From NCBI RefSeq assembly GCF_056712565.1, contig NZ_CM160072.1: a DNA stretch of 64,000 nt. One strand, 5' to 3'. Positions 48,508 to 57,390 of this stretch are shown here, piece after piece. The notes beneath the pieces were generated by a model, which was not told the origin of the DNA, made no database searches, and saw only the letters and a list, made by a program, of their open reading frames with translations. How positions within the stretch are numbered: the first letter of the stretch is position 1; each line of letters starts with the position of its first letter. The translations under genes and the position numbers were made by a program.

Positions 48508-49212
48508 AAAAATGTTCCCGTTCAGGCCATGAGCACAGCATTTTCGTACTGCATACAAATACCGACAATACCGTTTCAGTGGCAGTTAGATAATGTAACC
48601 TTCCTTCTGTTGTGATCGGTATTCTACTCATGAAATAAAACATTAAAAGAACTATTTATATTTTTGAAAGAGATGTATCCTTCATTATTAATACATAAGA
48701 GTTAAATCAATTTGGTATTTATAGACTTAGTGAATATGATTTTACGGCTAATAAAGTTACATAATGCATTGATTTATATGTGTTTATTAAGTTGATTAAT
48801 AAGTTTTATGTATGGTTTTATAAATAAATTAATTAATTGCTAGAAATACATCATAAGAAATTCCTTTAAGGAATATCTTAATTGCGTGCCGGAACGATTG
48901 TGAAGTAAGTGTTGTAATGATTGATTTTTGAAGAAATTGTAGGTTTTTATGGGGGTAAGGATACGTTATGGATAATTCTACTGTTGATGTTGATATATTT
49001 TTAGCTTATGTAATCGTGTTCTGAAATTGACTAAAAATATATTTAAACACCATAAAAGAGTTTTTCGGTAGGTGCTAATTACGTGTGCCTGTAACTCGAA
49101 TAAAGAAAAGGGTGTGGTTCCTGATGTGAGCCGCATCACACTCTAACCTGTCGGGGATTAACGACGGGTTGTTCGTAAAACAGCAGTTGATAATTTCACA
49201 AGGAGTTCATAA
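48508..49212. promoter_or_regulatory. AT-rich divergent control region between tssB (minus) and hcp (plus)
   Basis: ~700 bp of strongly AT-rich non-coding DNA between the two divergent T6SS transcription units. Confidence 0.5.
49125..49140. promoter_or_regulatory. Candidate CRP-type binding site upstream of hcp
   Basis: TGTGA-GCCGCA-TCACA: both pentameric half-sites with 6-bp spacer, centred ~80 bp upstream of the hcp ATG. Confidence 0.3.
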
Positions 49213-49731
49213 ATGCCAACCCCATGTTACATTTCAATTACAGGTCAGACCCAGGGGAACATCACTGCCGGTGCTTTCACCGCAGATTCTGTCGGCAATA
49301 TCTACGTGCAGGGACACGAAGATGAAATGCTGGTGCAGGAGTTTCTGCATAACGTTACTGTTCCAACCGATCCGCAGTCTGGTCAGCCTTCCGGGCAGCG
49401 TGCTCACAAACCGTTCATTTTCACCGTGGCGCTGAACAAAGCCGTTCCGCTGCTGTACAACGCGCTGGCCTCCGGTGAAATGCTGCCGAAAGTGGAGCTG
49501 CACTGGTGGCGTACCTCTGTTGAAGGCAAGCAGGAGCACTACTTCACCACACGTCTTACTGACGCGACGATTGTGGACATGAACCTGCATATGCCGCACT
49601 GCCAGGACCCTGCACAGCGTGAGTTTACGCAATTGCTCGCAGTATCACTGGCCTACCGTAAGGTTGAGTGGGAGCACATCAAATCCGGTACTTCTGGTGC
49701 CGATGACTGGCGTGCACCGCTGGAAGCATAA
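49213..49731 (+). CDS. hcp: T6SS tube protein Hcp (TssD)
   Basis: 172-aa ORF, Hcp-like, preceded by AAGGAG RBS. Confidence 0.9.
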   Translation: MPTPCYISITGQTQGNITAGAFTADSVGNIYVQGHEDEMLVQEFLHNVTVPTDPQSGQPSGQRAHKPFIFTVALNKAVPLLYNALASGEMLPKVELHWWRTSVEGKQEHYFTTRLTDATIVDMNLHMPHCQDPAQREFTQLLAVSLAYRKVEWEHIKSGTSGADDWRAPLEA

Positions 49732-49740
49732 ATCTGAGTC

Positions 49741-49777
49741 AACAACATCCTGCCTCCGTGCAGGATGTTGTTTTTGT
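49741..49777 (+). terminator. Intrinsic terminator/attenuator between hcp and vgrG
   Basis: AACAACATCCTGC-CTCCGT-GCAGGATGTTGTT perfect 13-bp stem followed by TTTTGT. Confidence 0.7.
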
Positions 49778-49951
49778 ACGTGTAAAAAATGAGTGTCAGT
49801 AAGGAGTTACGCTTTCATGAGGGAGATGGTGGATGCCGGAAACCCGGGCGGTAGCGTACCTGAAAATGTAAAGATGAGTGTAACGCTGCACTGGCACCCT
49901 TTGCTGCATGGTGGGAATCATTTGGTCCGTGAATGAATCAGGGAGGTCATT

Positions 49952-51934
49952 ATGTCCTTAAAAGGTCTTCGCTTTACGCTGGAGGTTGACGGCCAGGAGC
50001 CGGACACCTTTGCAGTGGTGAATTTCCGGTTAATCCAGAACCAGTCTTATCCGTTTGTGATGAGTGTGGATGTCGCCAGCGATTCTTTTATGCAGACGGC
50101 GGAGATGCTGCTGGAGAAGAACGCAACGCTGACTATCTGGCAGGGTGTCATCCCGCTGCGTTATGTCACCGGCGTGGTGGCGGGCTTTGGCATGCAGGAG
50201 AACAACGGCTGGCAGATGCGTTATCACCTGCGTATTGAGCCGCCGTTATGGCGGTGCGGGCTGCGGCGGAACTTCCGTATCTTCCAGCAGCAGGATATCC
50301 GGACGATATCGGCCACATTACTGAACGAGAACGGCGTCACAGAGTGGACGCCGCTGTTTTATGAGGACCATCCGGCGCGGGAGTTCTGTGTGCAGTACGG
50401 GGAGTCGGACCTGGCGTTTCTGGCGCGGCTGTGGGCGGAGGAGGGGATTTTCTTCTTTGAGCGGTTTGCGGCGGACAGTCCGGAGCAGAAGCTGACGCTG
50501 TGCGACGATGTGGCGGGGCTGTCACAGGCGGGGGAGCTTCCGTTTAACCCGGACACATCGGCAGGAGCGGAGACGGAGTGTGTCAGTATGTTCCGTTATG
50601 AGGCGCATGTCCGCCCGTCATCGGTGCAGAGCCAGGATTACACGTTTAAGGTGCCGGACTGGCCGGGGATGTATGAGCAGCAGGGTGAGAGCCTGAACGG
50701 ACAGCTTGAACAGTATGAAATATTTGATTATCCGGGAAGGTACAAGGATGAACAGCACGGCAAGGATTTCACGCTGTACCGGATGGAGAGCCTGCGCAGT
50801 GATGCGGAAAAGGCCACAGGGCAGAGTAATTCGCCGAAGCTGTGGCCGGGGACGTGGTTTACGCTGACGGGGCATCCGCAGAAGATGCTGAACCGTGAAT
50901 GGCAGGTGGTACAGAGCATTCTGTCAGGAGACCAGCCGCAGGCGCTTCACGGCAGCCAGGGGAGAGGAACCACGCTGGGAAATCAGTTAGAGGTGATACC
51001 GGCGGACCGGACGTGGCGTCCACGGCTGCAAAGCAAACCGAAGGTGGACGGGCCACAGAGCGCCATTGTCACCGGGCCTGCGGGAGAGGAAATCTTCTGT
51101 GATGAACATGGCCGGGTACGGGTGAAGTTTCACTGGGACCGTTATCACGGGATGACGGAGGAGAGTTCGTGCTGGGTGCGTGTGTCGCAGGCGTGGGCGG
51201 GGCCGGGATTTGGTAATCTGGCGATACCGCGGGTGGGCCAGGAGGTGATTGTTGATTTTCTGAACGGGGACCCGGACCAGCCGCTGGTCATGGGCCGGAC
51301 GTACCATGAGGACAACCGTTCGCCGGGGAGCCTGCCGGGGACGAAGACGCAGATGACGATACGGTCGAAGACCTATAAAGGAAGCGGCTTTAATGAACTG
51401 CGGTTTGAAGACGCCACGGGCGGTGAACAGGTCTATATCCACGCGCAGAAGAACATGGATACGGAGGTGCTGAATAATCGGACGACGGATGTGAAGGCTG
51501 ACCACACGGAGACCATTGGTAACGACCAGAAGATAACGGTGGGGTTGGGCCAGACGGTGAATGTGGGGAGCAAAAAGGAAGGTGGTCATGACCAGAAAGT
51601 GACGGTAGCGAACGATCAGCATCTCACGATAAAAAATGACCGGCACAAGGTTGTAAATAACAACCAGACAAGCAAGGTGACGGGAACTGATACCGAAGAA
51701 GTCGTCAAAAAACAGAGTATTAAAATAGGTGATAATTACGAACTGAAAGTTGAGCATGGTACAAATATCATATCTGGGGACAGTATTGAGCTAATTTGTG
51801 GGCAGGGAGAGAGCGGGACTTGTTCCATAAAACTGGAGAAAACAGGAAAGATAATAATACGGGGGACGGAGTTTCTATTTGAGGCTACCGGTCCTGTAGA
51901 TATTAAAGGAAAAGATATTCATCTGAACGGATAG
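49952..51934 (+). CDS. vgrG: T6SS spike protein VgrG (TssI)
   Basis: 660-aa ORF with gp27/gp5-like core; no long C-terminal effector extension; GGGAGG RBS. Confidence 0.9.
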   Translation: MSLKGLRFTLEVDGQEPDTFAVVNFRLIQNQSYPFVMSVDVASDSFMQTAEMLLEKNATLTIWQGVIPLRYVTGVVAGFGMQENNGWQMRYHLRIEPPLWRCGLRRNFRIFQQQDIRTISATLLNENGVTEWTPLFYEDHPAREFCVQYGESDLAFLARLWAEEGIFFFERFAADSPEQKLTLCDDVAGLSQAGELPFNPDTSAGAETECVSMFRYEAHVRPSSVQSQDYTFKVPDWPGMYEQQGESLNGQLEQYEIFDYPGRYKDEQHGKDFTLYRMESLRSDAEKATGQSNSPKLWPGTWFTLTGHPQKMLNREWQVVQSILSGDQPQALHGSQGRGTTLGNQLEVIPADRTWRPRLQSKPKVDGPQSAIVTGPAGEEIFCDEHGRVRVKFHWDRYHGMTEESSCWVRVSQAWAGPGFGNLAIPRVGQEVIVDFLNGDPDQPLVMGRTYHEDNRSPGSLPGTKTQMTIRSKTYKGSGFNELRFEDATGGEQVYIHAQKNMDTEVLNNRTTDVKADHTETIGNDQKITVGLGQTVNVGSKKEGGHDQKVTVANDQHLTIKNDRHKVVNNNQTSKVTGTDTEEVVKKQSIKIGDNYELKVEHGTNIISGDSIELICGQGESGTCSIKLEKTGKIIIRGTEFLFEATGPVDIKGKDIHLNG

Positions 51935-52040
51935 TGCAGGATATAAAACATGGTGATTGTATTTGCTTTATACGCCTGTGAATCACCATTTGTGATTGTT
52001 TAAATTAATCATAGCATGACTTATTCAGGAATCAATAAGC

Positions 52041-53087
52041 ATGATAGAAATGAAAAATAACACGCCATTTCCTTTGTTGTCATTTGAAAAATATGGTCGT
52101 TATGGTCTTTTGTTTGATGTTATTGCTATTAAAATGTCATTGCGAATTAAAAATGGATTTTATGCTGATCTTGCTGAGTTTCAAAAAGAATTGTCCATGT
52201 CTGATGAATACTATGGGGAGTCTGAAACAAGTAGTCTAAAATCTGAAACAGACTTAGTTCTTTGTAAAAGAAATACAGATATTCACGTGACAGGTAGTGC
52301 TCATGCCCCTTCAGGGGATAAGTCTCAGTGGAAGGCTTGTGTGAGGGTTAATAGTTTTTCTAAAGAACTGAGTTTATCTGGTGTCCGCTACTTACAATAT
52401 GAGCGAAATCGTTGGCAGATGAGCTTACCAGATAAAATTATTAATGTTCCTCTACGCTATGAGCTTGCTTACGGTGGTATTTGGCAACCAGATGGTATGG
52501 AGAAATTGGTTTTTTCAGCAAACCCTGTAGGTTGTGGATATTATCCTGATATTTCTCAACTTAATACAAGTTGTCAATATAAACTCCCACAAATAACCAG
52601 CTCTGCTTTGTCAGAAAACGCTACCATTTTTAATGGGGAATCTGACTTTTTTCAAGGTGTTGGCCCTGTATCTCGATGGTGGAAAAGTCGCCTCCAGTAT
52701 GCAGGAACCTACAATGAAGTATGGCGTGAAAAGCGCTATCCCTATTTGCCGGATGATTTTGATGAGCGGTTCTACAATAGTGCTCATCCGGATATGATAT
52801 ACACGGGGTTTCTCTCTGGCGATGAAAACATCTCTCTTGAAGGTTTTTTTAAATTTGAACAGGTTGTTAAGACAAAATTGCCAGGTATACGACCTGTACT
52901 TATATTAAAAACCAAGCATAATACATCACATATGTTCTTACCTGTTGCGGATACAATGGTTATCGATTTAAGTCGACAGGAAATATACCTTACCTGGAGA
53001 TTAACAATACCTGATTTTTTTGGAATGAAAGAAGGAGTGCTGAGTTGTATTATTCCTGAATGTATAGGGAAAAAATATTATGGGTAA
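52041..53087 (+). CDS. Putative DUF2169-family T6SS adaptor protein
   Basis: 348-aa low-GC ORF directly between vgrG and a DUF4150/PAAR-like effector, the canonical adaptor position; assignment by context and size. Confidence 0.55.
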   Translation: MIEMKNNTPFPLLSFEKYGRYGLLFDVIAIKMSLRIKNGFYADLAEFQKELSMSDEYYGESETSSLKSETDLVLCKRNTDIHVTGSAHAPSGDKSQWKACVRVNSFSKELSLSGVRYLQYERNRWQMSLPDKIINVPLRYELAYGGIWQPDGMEKLVFSANPVGCGYYPDISQLNTSCQYKLPQITSSALSENATIFNGESDFFQGVGPVSRWWKSRLQYAGTYNEVWREKRYPYLPDDFDERFYNSAHPDMIYTGFLSGDENISLEGFFKFEQVVKTKLPGIRPVLILKTKHNTSHMFLPVADTMVIDLSRQEIYLTWRLTIPDFFGMKEGVLSCIIPECIGKKYYG

Positions 53088-54519
53088 CTATCATATCGGG
53101 GATGGTGAATGTAGATTTAGAGTCGTGTGTTCTTCACCAGATGTATGTGAAGTAGGAGGTTACAAGGTTCCTTTTGACAGTTACCAGACTTTAGATAGTG
53201 AAAGACAGTACAGTTCAACGGTATGGGCGCGTGGATGCAGAGCTTTAAATGTTGGTTCAGTGATTGCTGGAACTCAAAGTAATGCCGGTAAAGGTGTCAT
53301 ATCCGGTACATCTCAAGGAACGGGTGACTGTGTTATTTTAACGGGAAGTCCGACTGTAACAATAGAAGGGAAACCTGTTGCTTATCATGGTTCAGTTGTT
53401 GGGATTAATAACCACAACTGCCTTGGTAAATTGTATACCAAAATAAAATCACCAATGATTTCTGTCATTGATAGAACTTTTAATTATGAAAGGACTGCTG
53501 AAGTAATACACGATTTACTGCTTCTGAAGGATCTCCTCTCTGTTGGTAATATTTTTGACGGAGATATTTCACCTGAGGTTAAAAATGATTTATTTCAAAT
53601 AAAAGATCCTGACCAATCATGGGGGGAGTTTTTTTCAATAAAGAATATCAGAGAATCTCTCAGGAATGGTATTGAAGGAGATAAATCTCAGATCAGAGAA
53701 TGGTTTGGAGAGAACACACTTACTCAAATGGGGAATGGAGCAATCACCACTTTACATGGTGTGGCGGATTTAGCCTTAGTTACATTCGATGCTCTGTTAG
53801 ATACGGCAACGGCAACGGTTGCTTGCCCGATAGGCGAAGATGGGTTATGTGAACAGGCAAATATAAATTTAAATGAAAAAGAACAGGCTTTATTTAATAT
53901 TAGTAATTCATTGATAAATGGGCAAGCATGGGATGCACTTAAAAAAATGATAATGGATACAAATAATGGTGATCAGATTGCTCTGGTGCATTTTGCCAGC
54001 TTTTTATGGGGCTTTATGATACCCGCAAAAATACCAGAAGAAAATATCTCTGGGAAAGTATTTGTAGAGCCAGTAGTTTTAGAAGGTGGTGCTGGTGGCA
54101 ATTGGACAGTATTTGATGAGGTTTTAGATTCAAATGTAATAAAGCAATTGACTTTAACAGGCTGTGGAGCGGCCTGTGGGGAAATGTTGCTTAGGGATAG
54201 GTATATTTTTGTCACGCAAAATGTAATTGGAACAGAATTAACATCTATGACGTCGCTGGCAAACAAGCTTAATAAATTTGATGTCGGCTGGGAAGGGAAT
54301 GCAGTGAGCGAATCTAGTTTATATGCCCTCAGTAATACTGGTTCATGGGGAGCAATGATGTGGGATTCTGGAAGTAAAGTAGGGCATTGGGTACTTGTTA
54401 AGGGTGTTGATGATGCTGGGAATGTGATAATATATGATCCATATCAAGGGAGTCGATATCTGATGACTGAACAGGAATTTAAGGAGGTATGGAATGGGCA
54501 TAGTGTTTACAAACCATAA
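53080..54519 (+). CDS. DUF4150/PAAR-like T6SS effector with C-terminal papain-like cysteine-peptidase toxin domain
   Basis: 479-aa ORF; N-terminus carries DUF4150 motifs (SPDVCEVGG, SGTSQGTGD, GSPTVTIEGKPVAYHGS...NNHN); C-terminal ~130 aa has a Cys/His/Asp arrangement (GCGAACGEM ... GHWVLVKG ... IYDP); start overlaps the upstream gene by 8 nt. Confidence 0.75.
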   Translation: MGNYHIGDGECRFRVVCSSPDVCEVGGYKVPFDSYQTLDSERQYSSTVWARGCRALNVGSVIAGTQSNAGKGVISGTSQGTGDCVILTGSPTVTIEGKPVAYHGSVVGINNHNCLGKLYTKIKSPMISVIDRTFNYERTAEVIHDLLLLKDLLSVGNIFDGDISPEVKNDLFQIKDPDQSWGEFFSIKNIRESLRNGIEGDKSQIREWFGENTLTQMGNGAITTLHGVADLALVTFDALLDTATATVACPIGEDGLCEQANINLNEKEQALFNISNSLINGQAWDALKKMIMDTNNGDQIALVHFASFLWGFMIPAKIPEENISGKVFVEPVVLEGGAGGNWTVFDEVLDSNVIKQLTLTGCGAACGEMLLRDRYIFVTQNVIGTELTSMTSLANKLNKFDVGWEGNAVSESSLYALSNTGSWGAMMWDSGSKVGHWVLVKGVDDAGNVIIYDPYQGSRYLMTEQEFKEVWNGHSVYKP

Positions 54520-54784
54520 TATTGATTTGTTATCGGTTGAATTTGATGAGATTACAAAAAATTGTAATTACACTTTTAGTGTAGATGGAGAGACGGCTAT
54601 CTTTACTGCTAGAATATCAATAATAAGAAATATAAAGGGAATTAAATATAGCGAAGAACTTGATAAATTTATAATGTCAATAATGCCATTGCAGCCTAAA
54701 GTATCAAAAATTTTGGGAGGTGTTACTTGGGATTGTATTTGTGGTAAGGAAGTTGGATTTCCTGTGAGATTAATTGGTAAGTGA
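54494..54784 (+). CDS. Putative cognate immunity protein
   Basis: 96-aa ORF overlapping the effector 3' end by 26 nt, same strand, low GC; no signal peptide. Confidence 0.5.
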   Translation: MGIVFTNHNIDLLSVEFDEITKNCNYTFSVDGETAIFTARISIIRNIKGIKYSEELDKFIMSIMPLQPKVSKILGGVTWDCICGKEVGFPVRLIGK

Positions 54785-55041
54785 AGGGTGGTGAGGTATT
54801 TCTATATTTTTTTCGTGAAAGTCTTTAAAACTGAAATTATCTTGTTGGGAGCCCAAGGTGAGATCATAAAACGTATTATTTTATAAATATTGTTATGCAG
54901 GGAAAGGTCAAGTAATGCTGCTTTTTTGTACTAAATAATTCGCATTTTATGTTCAATAATTGAGGTGTTCCTTATTACCTAAAGCTGTTTTTCATTGCTT
55001 ATACATGATCAAATACTCATTGCCTAATTAAGGGGGACAAA

Positions 55042-55920
55042 ATGGAACTTAAAAAATTGATGGAACATATTTCTATTATTCCCGATTACAGGCAAGCCTG
55101 GAAAGTGGAACATAAATTGCCAGATATTCTATCTGTTAACTATTTGCGCCGTTATTTCTGGTGCATAATGCTGGGAAGATATAGAGGATTTGGGGAAACA
55201 CATCTCGATTTTTTGAAGTGATATGGTGATTTTGAAAATGGTATTCCTGTTCACGATATCATTGCCAGAGTTGTATCCTGTATCAGTCCTGCAAAATTTC
55301 ATGAGTGCTTTATTAACTGGATGCGTGACTGCCATTCCTCAGATGATAAAGATGTCATTGCAATTGATGGAAAAACGCTTCGGCACTCTTATGACAAGAG
55401 TCGCCGCAAGGGAGCGATTTATGTCATTAAAATCCGTCTTCATATTATTTGCGATGTCCCTGATGAACTTATTGATTTCACGTTTGAATGGAAAGAGCTG
55501 AAGAAATTATGCATGGCAGTCTCCTTTCGTTCAATAATAACAGAACAAAAGAAAGAGCCAGAAATGACGGACAGATATTATAGCATTTCTGCTGATTTAA
55601 CCGCAGAGAAGTTCGCCACAGCGAACCGAAATCACTGGTACGTGGAGAATAAGCTGCACTGGCATCTGGACGTGGTAATGAATAAAGACGACTGCAAAAT
55701 AAGAAGAGGAAATGCAGCAGAATTATTTTCAGGGATACGGAAGATCGCTATTAATATTTTAACGAAAGATAAGATACTCAAGGCAGGGGCAAGATGTAAG
55801 ATGTGAAAAGCAGCTGCGGACAGAGACTACCTCGCGTCAGTCCTTGCGGGGGCGGGCTTTCGTATTCTTGCTCTGCAAGGGATGATAAAAAGTGCAACTT
55901 TATTCCACGCAGCTATTTAG
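55042..55920 (+). mobile_element. Decayed ISAs1-family (H-repeat-associated) transposase remnant
   Basis: Fragments in several frames match an H-repeat/ISAs1 transposase: [26 protein letters not shown]..., [12 protein letters not shown]...[40 protein letters not shown], then C-terminal [21 protein letters not shown]...[31 protein letters not shown]; frameshifts plus an internal deletion of ~150 codons. Confidence 0.7.
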
Positions 55921-56034
55921 ACAGCGTACAGTAAACAAACGAAAGTTGTTATTTCAATGGTCAGGGCAAGAGCATGAAGTGTTTACTACACACTATGCTC
56001 TTGTCCTGGAGTCAGGTCTTGTTTGGAGGGATAA

Positions 56035-56538
56035 ATGGTAGATATTGTCGAGGCCGATAAAACGGATATTTATTTCATTCAGGAGAGTGTTTATGGCAAA
56101 ATCGGGTTGCCAGCTTTTGGTAATACAATAGGACCATCCGCACAGCAAGTTGTTAAAAAGGTATTCGCTGTCGTTAAAGAACGAGATAAGACACATGCAA
56201 AACAGAGATTATTGTTGGAATATAATGGTAACAAACTCTGGATGAATGCTATTGATGGCAGTGAAGCTATCCTACCAACAGAATTTTCTAAGCGATACGA
56301 ACTTTCATTATTCAATACTACTAATTTTGGAGAAGATCCTTTTCCTGATGTTAATTTATATAATAATATGAAATCAAGTTTTTTTGTAAGGTTTGGTGGA
56401 ACATCCCATCCCGAGGCTTGGGCTATTTATAATGCAAGTACGAAAGAGGTTAAATATATAGAAACTGCAAGAGAAATTGATAAAATATTCAGTGATTTTA
56501 ACTTGAGTGGTACATTGCCAATTCACATTGGTCAATGA
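56035..56538 (+). CDS. Hypothetical protein (orphan, low GC)
   Basis: 167-aa ORF with GGAGGG RBS, no signal peptide, AT-rich codon usage; no motif recognised. Confidence 0.5.
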   Translation: MVDIVEADKTDIYFIQESVYGKIGLPAFGNTIGPSAQQVVKKVFAVVKERDKTHAKQRLLLEYNGNKLWMNAIDGSEAILPTEFSKRYELSLFNTTNFGEDPFPDVNLYNNMKSSFFVRFGGTSHPEAWAIYNASTKEVKYIETAREIDKIFSDFNLSGTLPIHIGQ

Positions 56539-56607
56539 TTTTTTAAATTGTGTGATTAAATAATTGAACATTAATGATGATTTATAGCATCATTATTATT
56601 CTATAAC

Positions 56608-57120
56608 ATGAATAAACGGATTGAATGTGTTATGTTAAAAATGAGTTTATACGTAATAATATTGTTATTTTCCCTTCAGTTTAGTGCAGCCATTACTGGC
56701 AAGGAAAGTGAGGTTGTTTCACCATTATTAATGGATGTTAATCCTTCACTAACAATGGAAAATATTTCTGAATTATCCACATCATCGGAACCATCGCAAC
56801 AGGGGGTATTTCCTGTAATATGTACTCGACTTCATCCTGGCTCCGTAATGAAACGTCAGTTATTAACCGGCTGGGGGCCTGTTTTTATAATTGGTGATGA
56901 TCCTTTTTCTCTGCGCTGGATGAGTGAACATCTGGAGATCCTTAAATCGCTAAATGCCCTTGGTTTGGTTGTTAATGTTGAATCAGTAGAACGAATGGAG
57001 GTATTACAGCAGCGGGCTGATGGGTTATTGTTATTGCCAGTTATCTGCGATAATTTTGTGCAAGCTCTGCAATTAAATGCTTATCCGGTATTAATCACAG
57101 AGATGGAAATATCACAATGA
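56608..57120 (+). CDS. Hypothetical secreted protein (orphan, low GC)
   Basis: 170-aa ORF with predicted N-terminal signal peptide (MSLYVIILLFSLQFSAA); no motif recognised. Confidence 0.5.
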   Translation: MNKRIECVMLKMSLYVIILLFSLQFSAAITGKESEVVSPLLMDVNPSLTMENISELSTSSEPSQQGVFPVICTRLHPGSVMKRQLLTGWGPVFIIGDDPFSLRWMSEHLEILKSLNALGLVVNVESVERMEVLQQRADGLLLLPVICDNFVQALQLNAYPVLITEMEISQ

Positions 57121-57145
57121 TTAATAACATAATTACTGCTAATAA

Positions 57146-57390
57146 TATGGTGATTTTGAAAATGGTAATCCTGTTCACGACACCATAATCAGAGTTATGT
57201 CCTGTATCCGTTCAGTAAAATTTCACGAATGCTTTATTAACCGGATGCGTGAATGTCATTCTTCAGACGACATAGACGTCATTGCGATTGATGGAAAAGC
57301 ACTTCCACACTCCTGTGATAAAAGTCGTCGCAGGAGAGCGGGCTTTCGTAGTCTTCCCCGACTCTCCCCGGCCCTAAACACAACCCCCAC
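57146..57390 (+). mobile_element. Second ISAs1-family transposase fragment (yafF-like)
   Basis: Encodes [66 protein letters not shown], a diverged direct repeat (~85% identity by eye) of 55213-55410; abuts the yafV 3' end. Confidence 0.6.
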
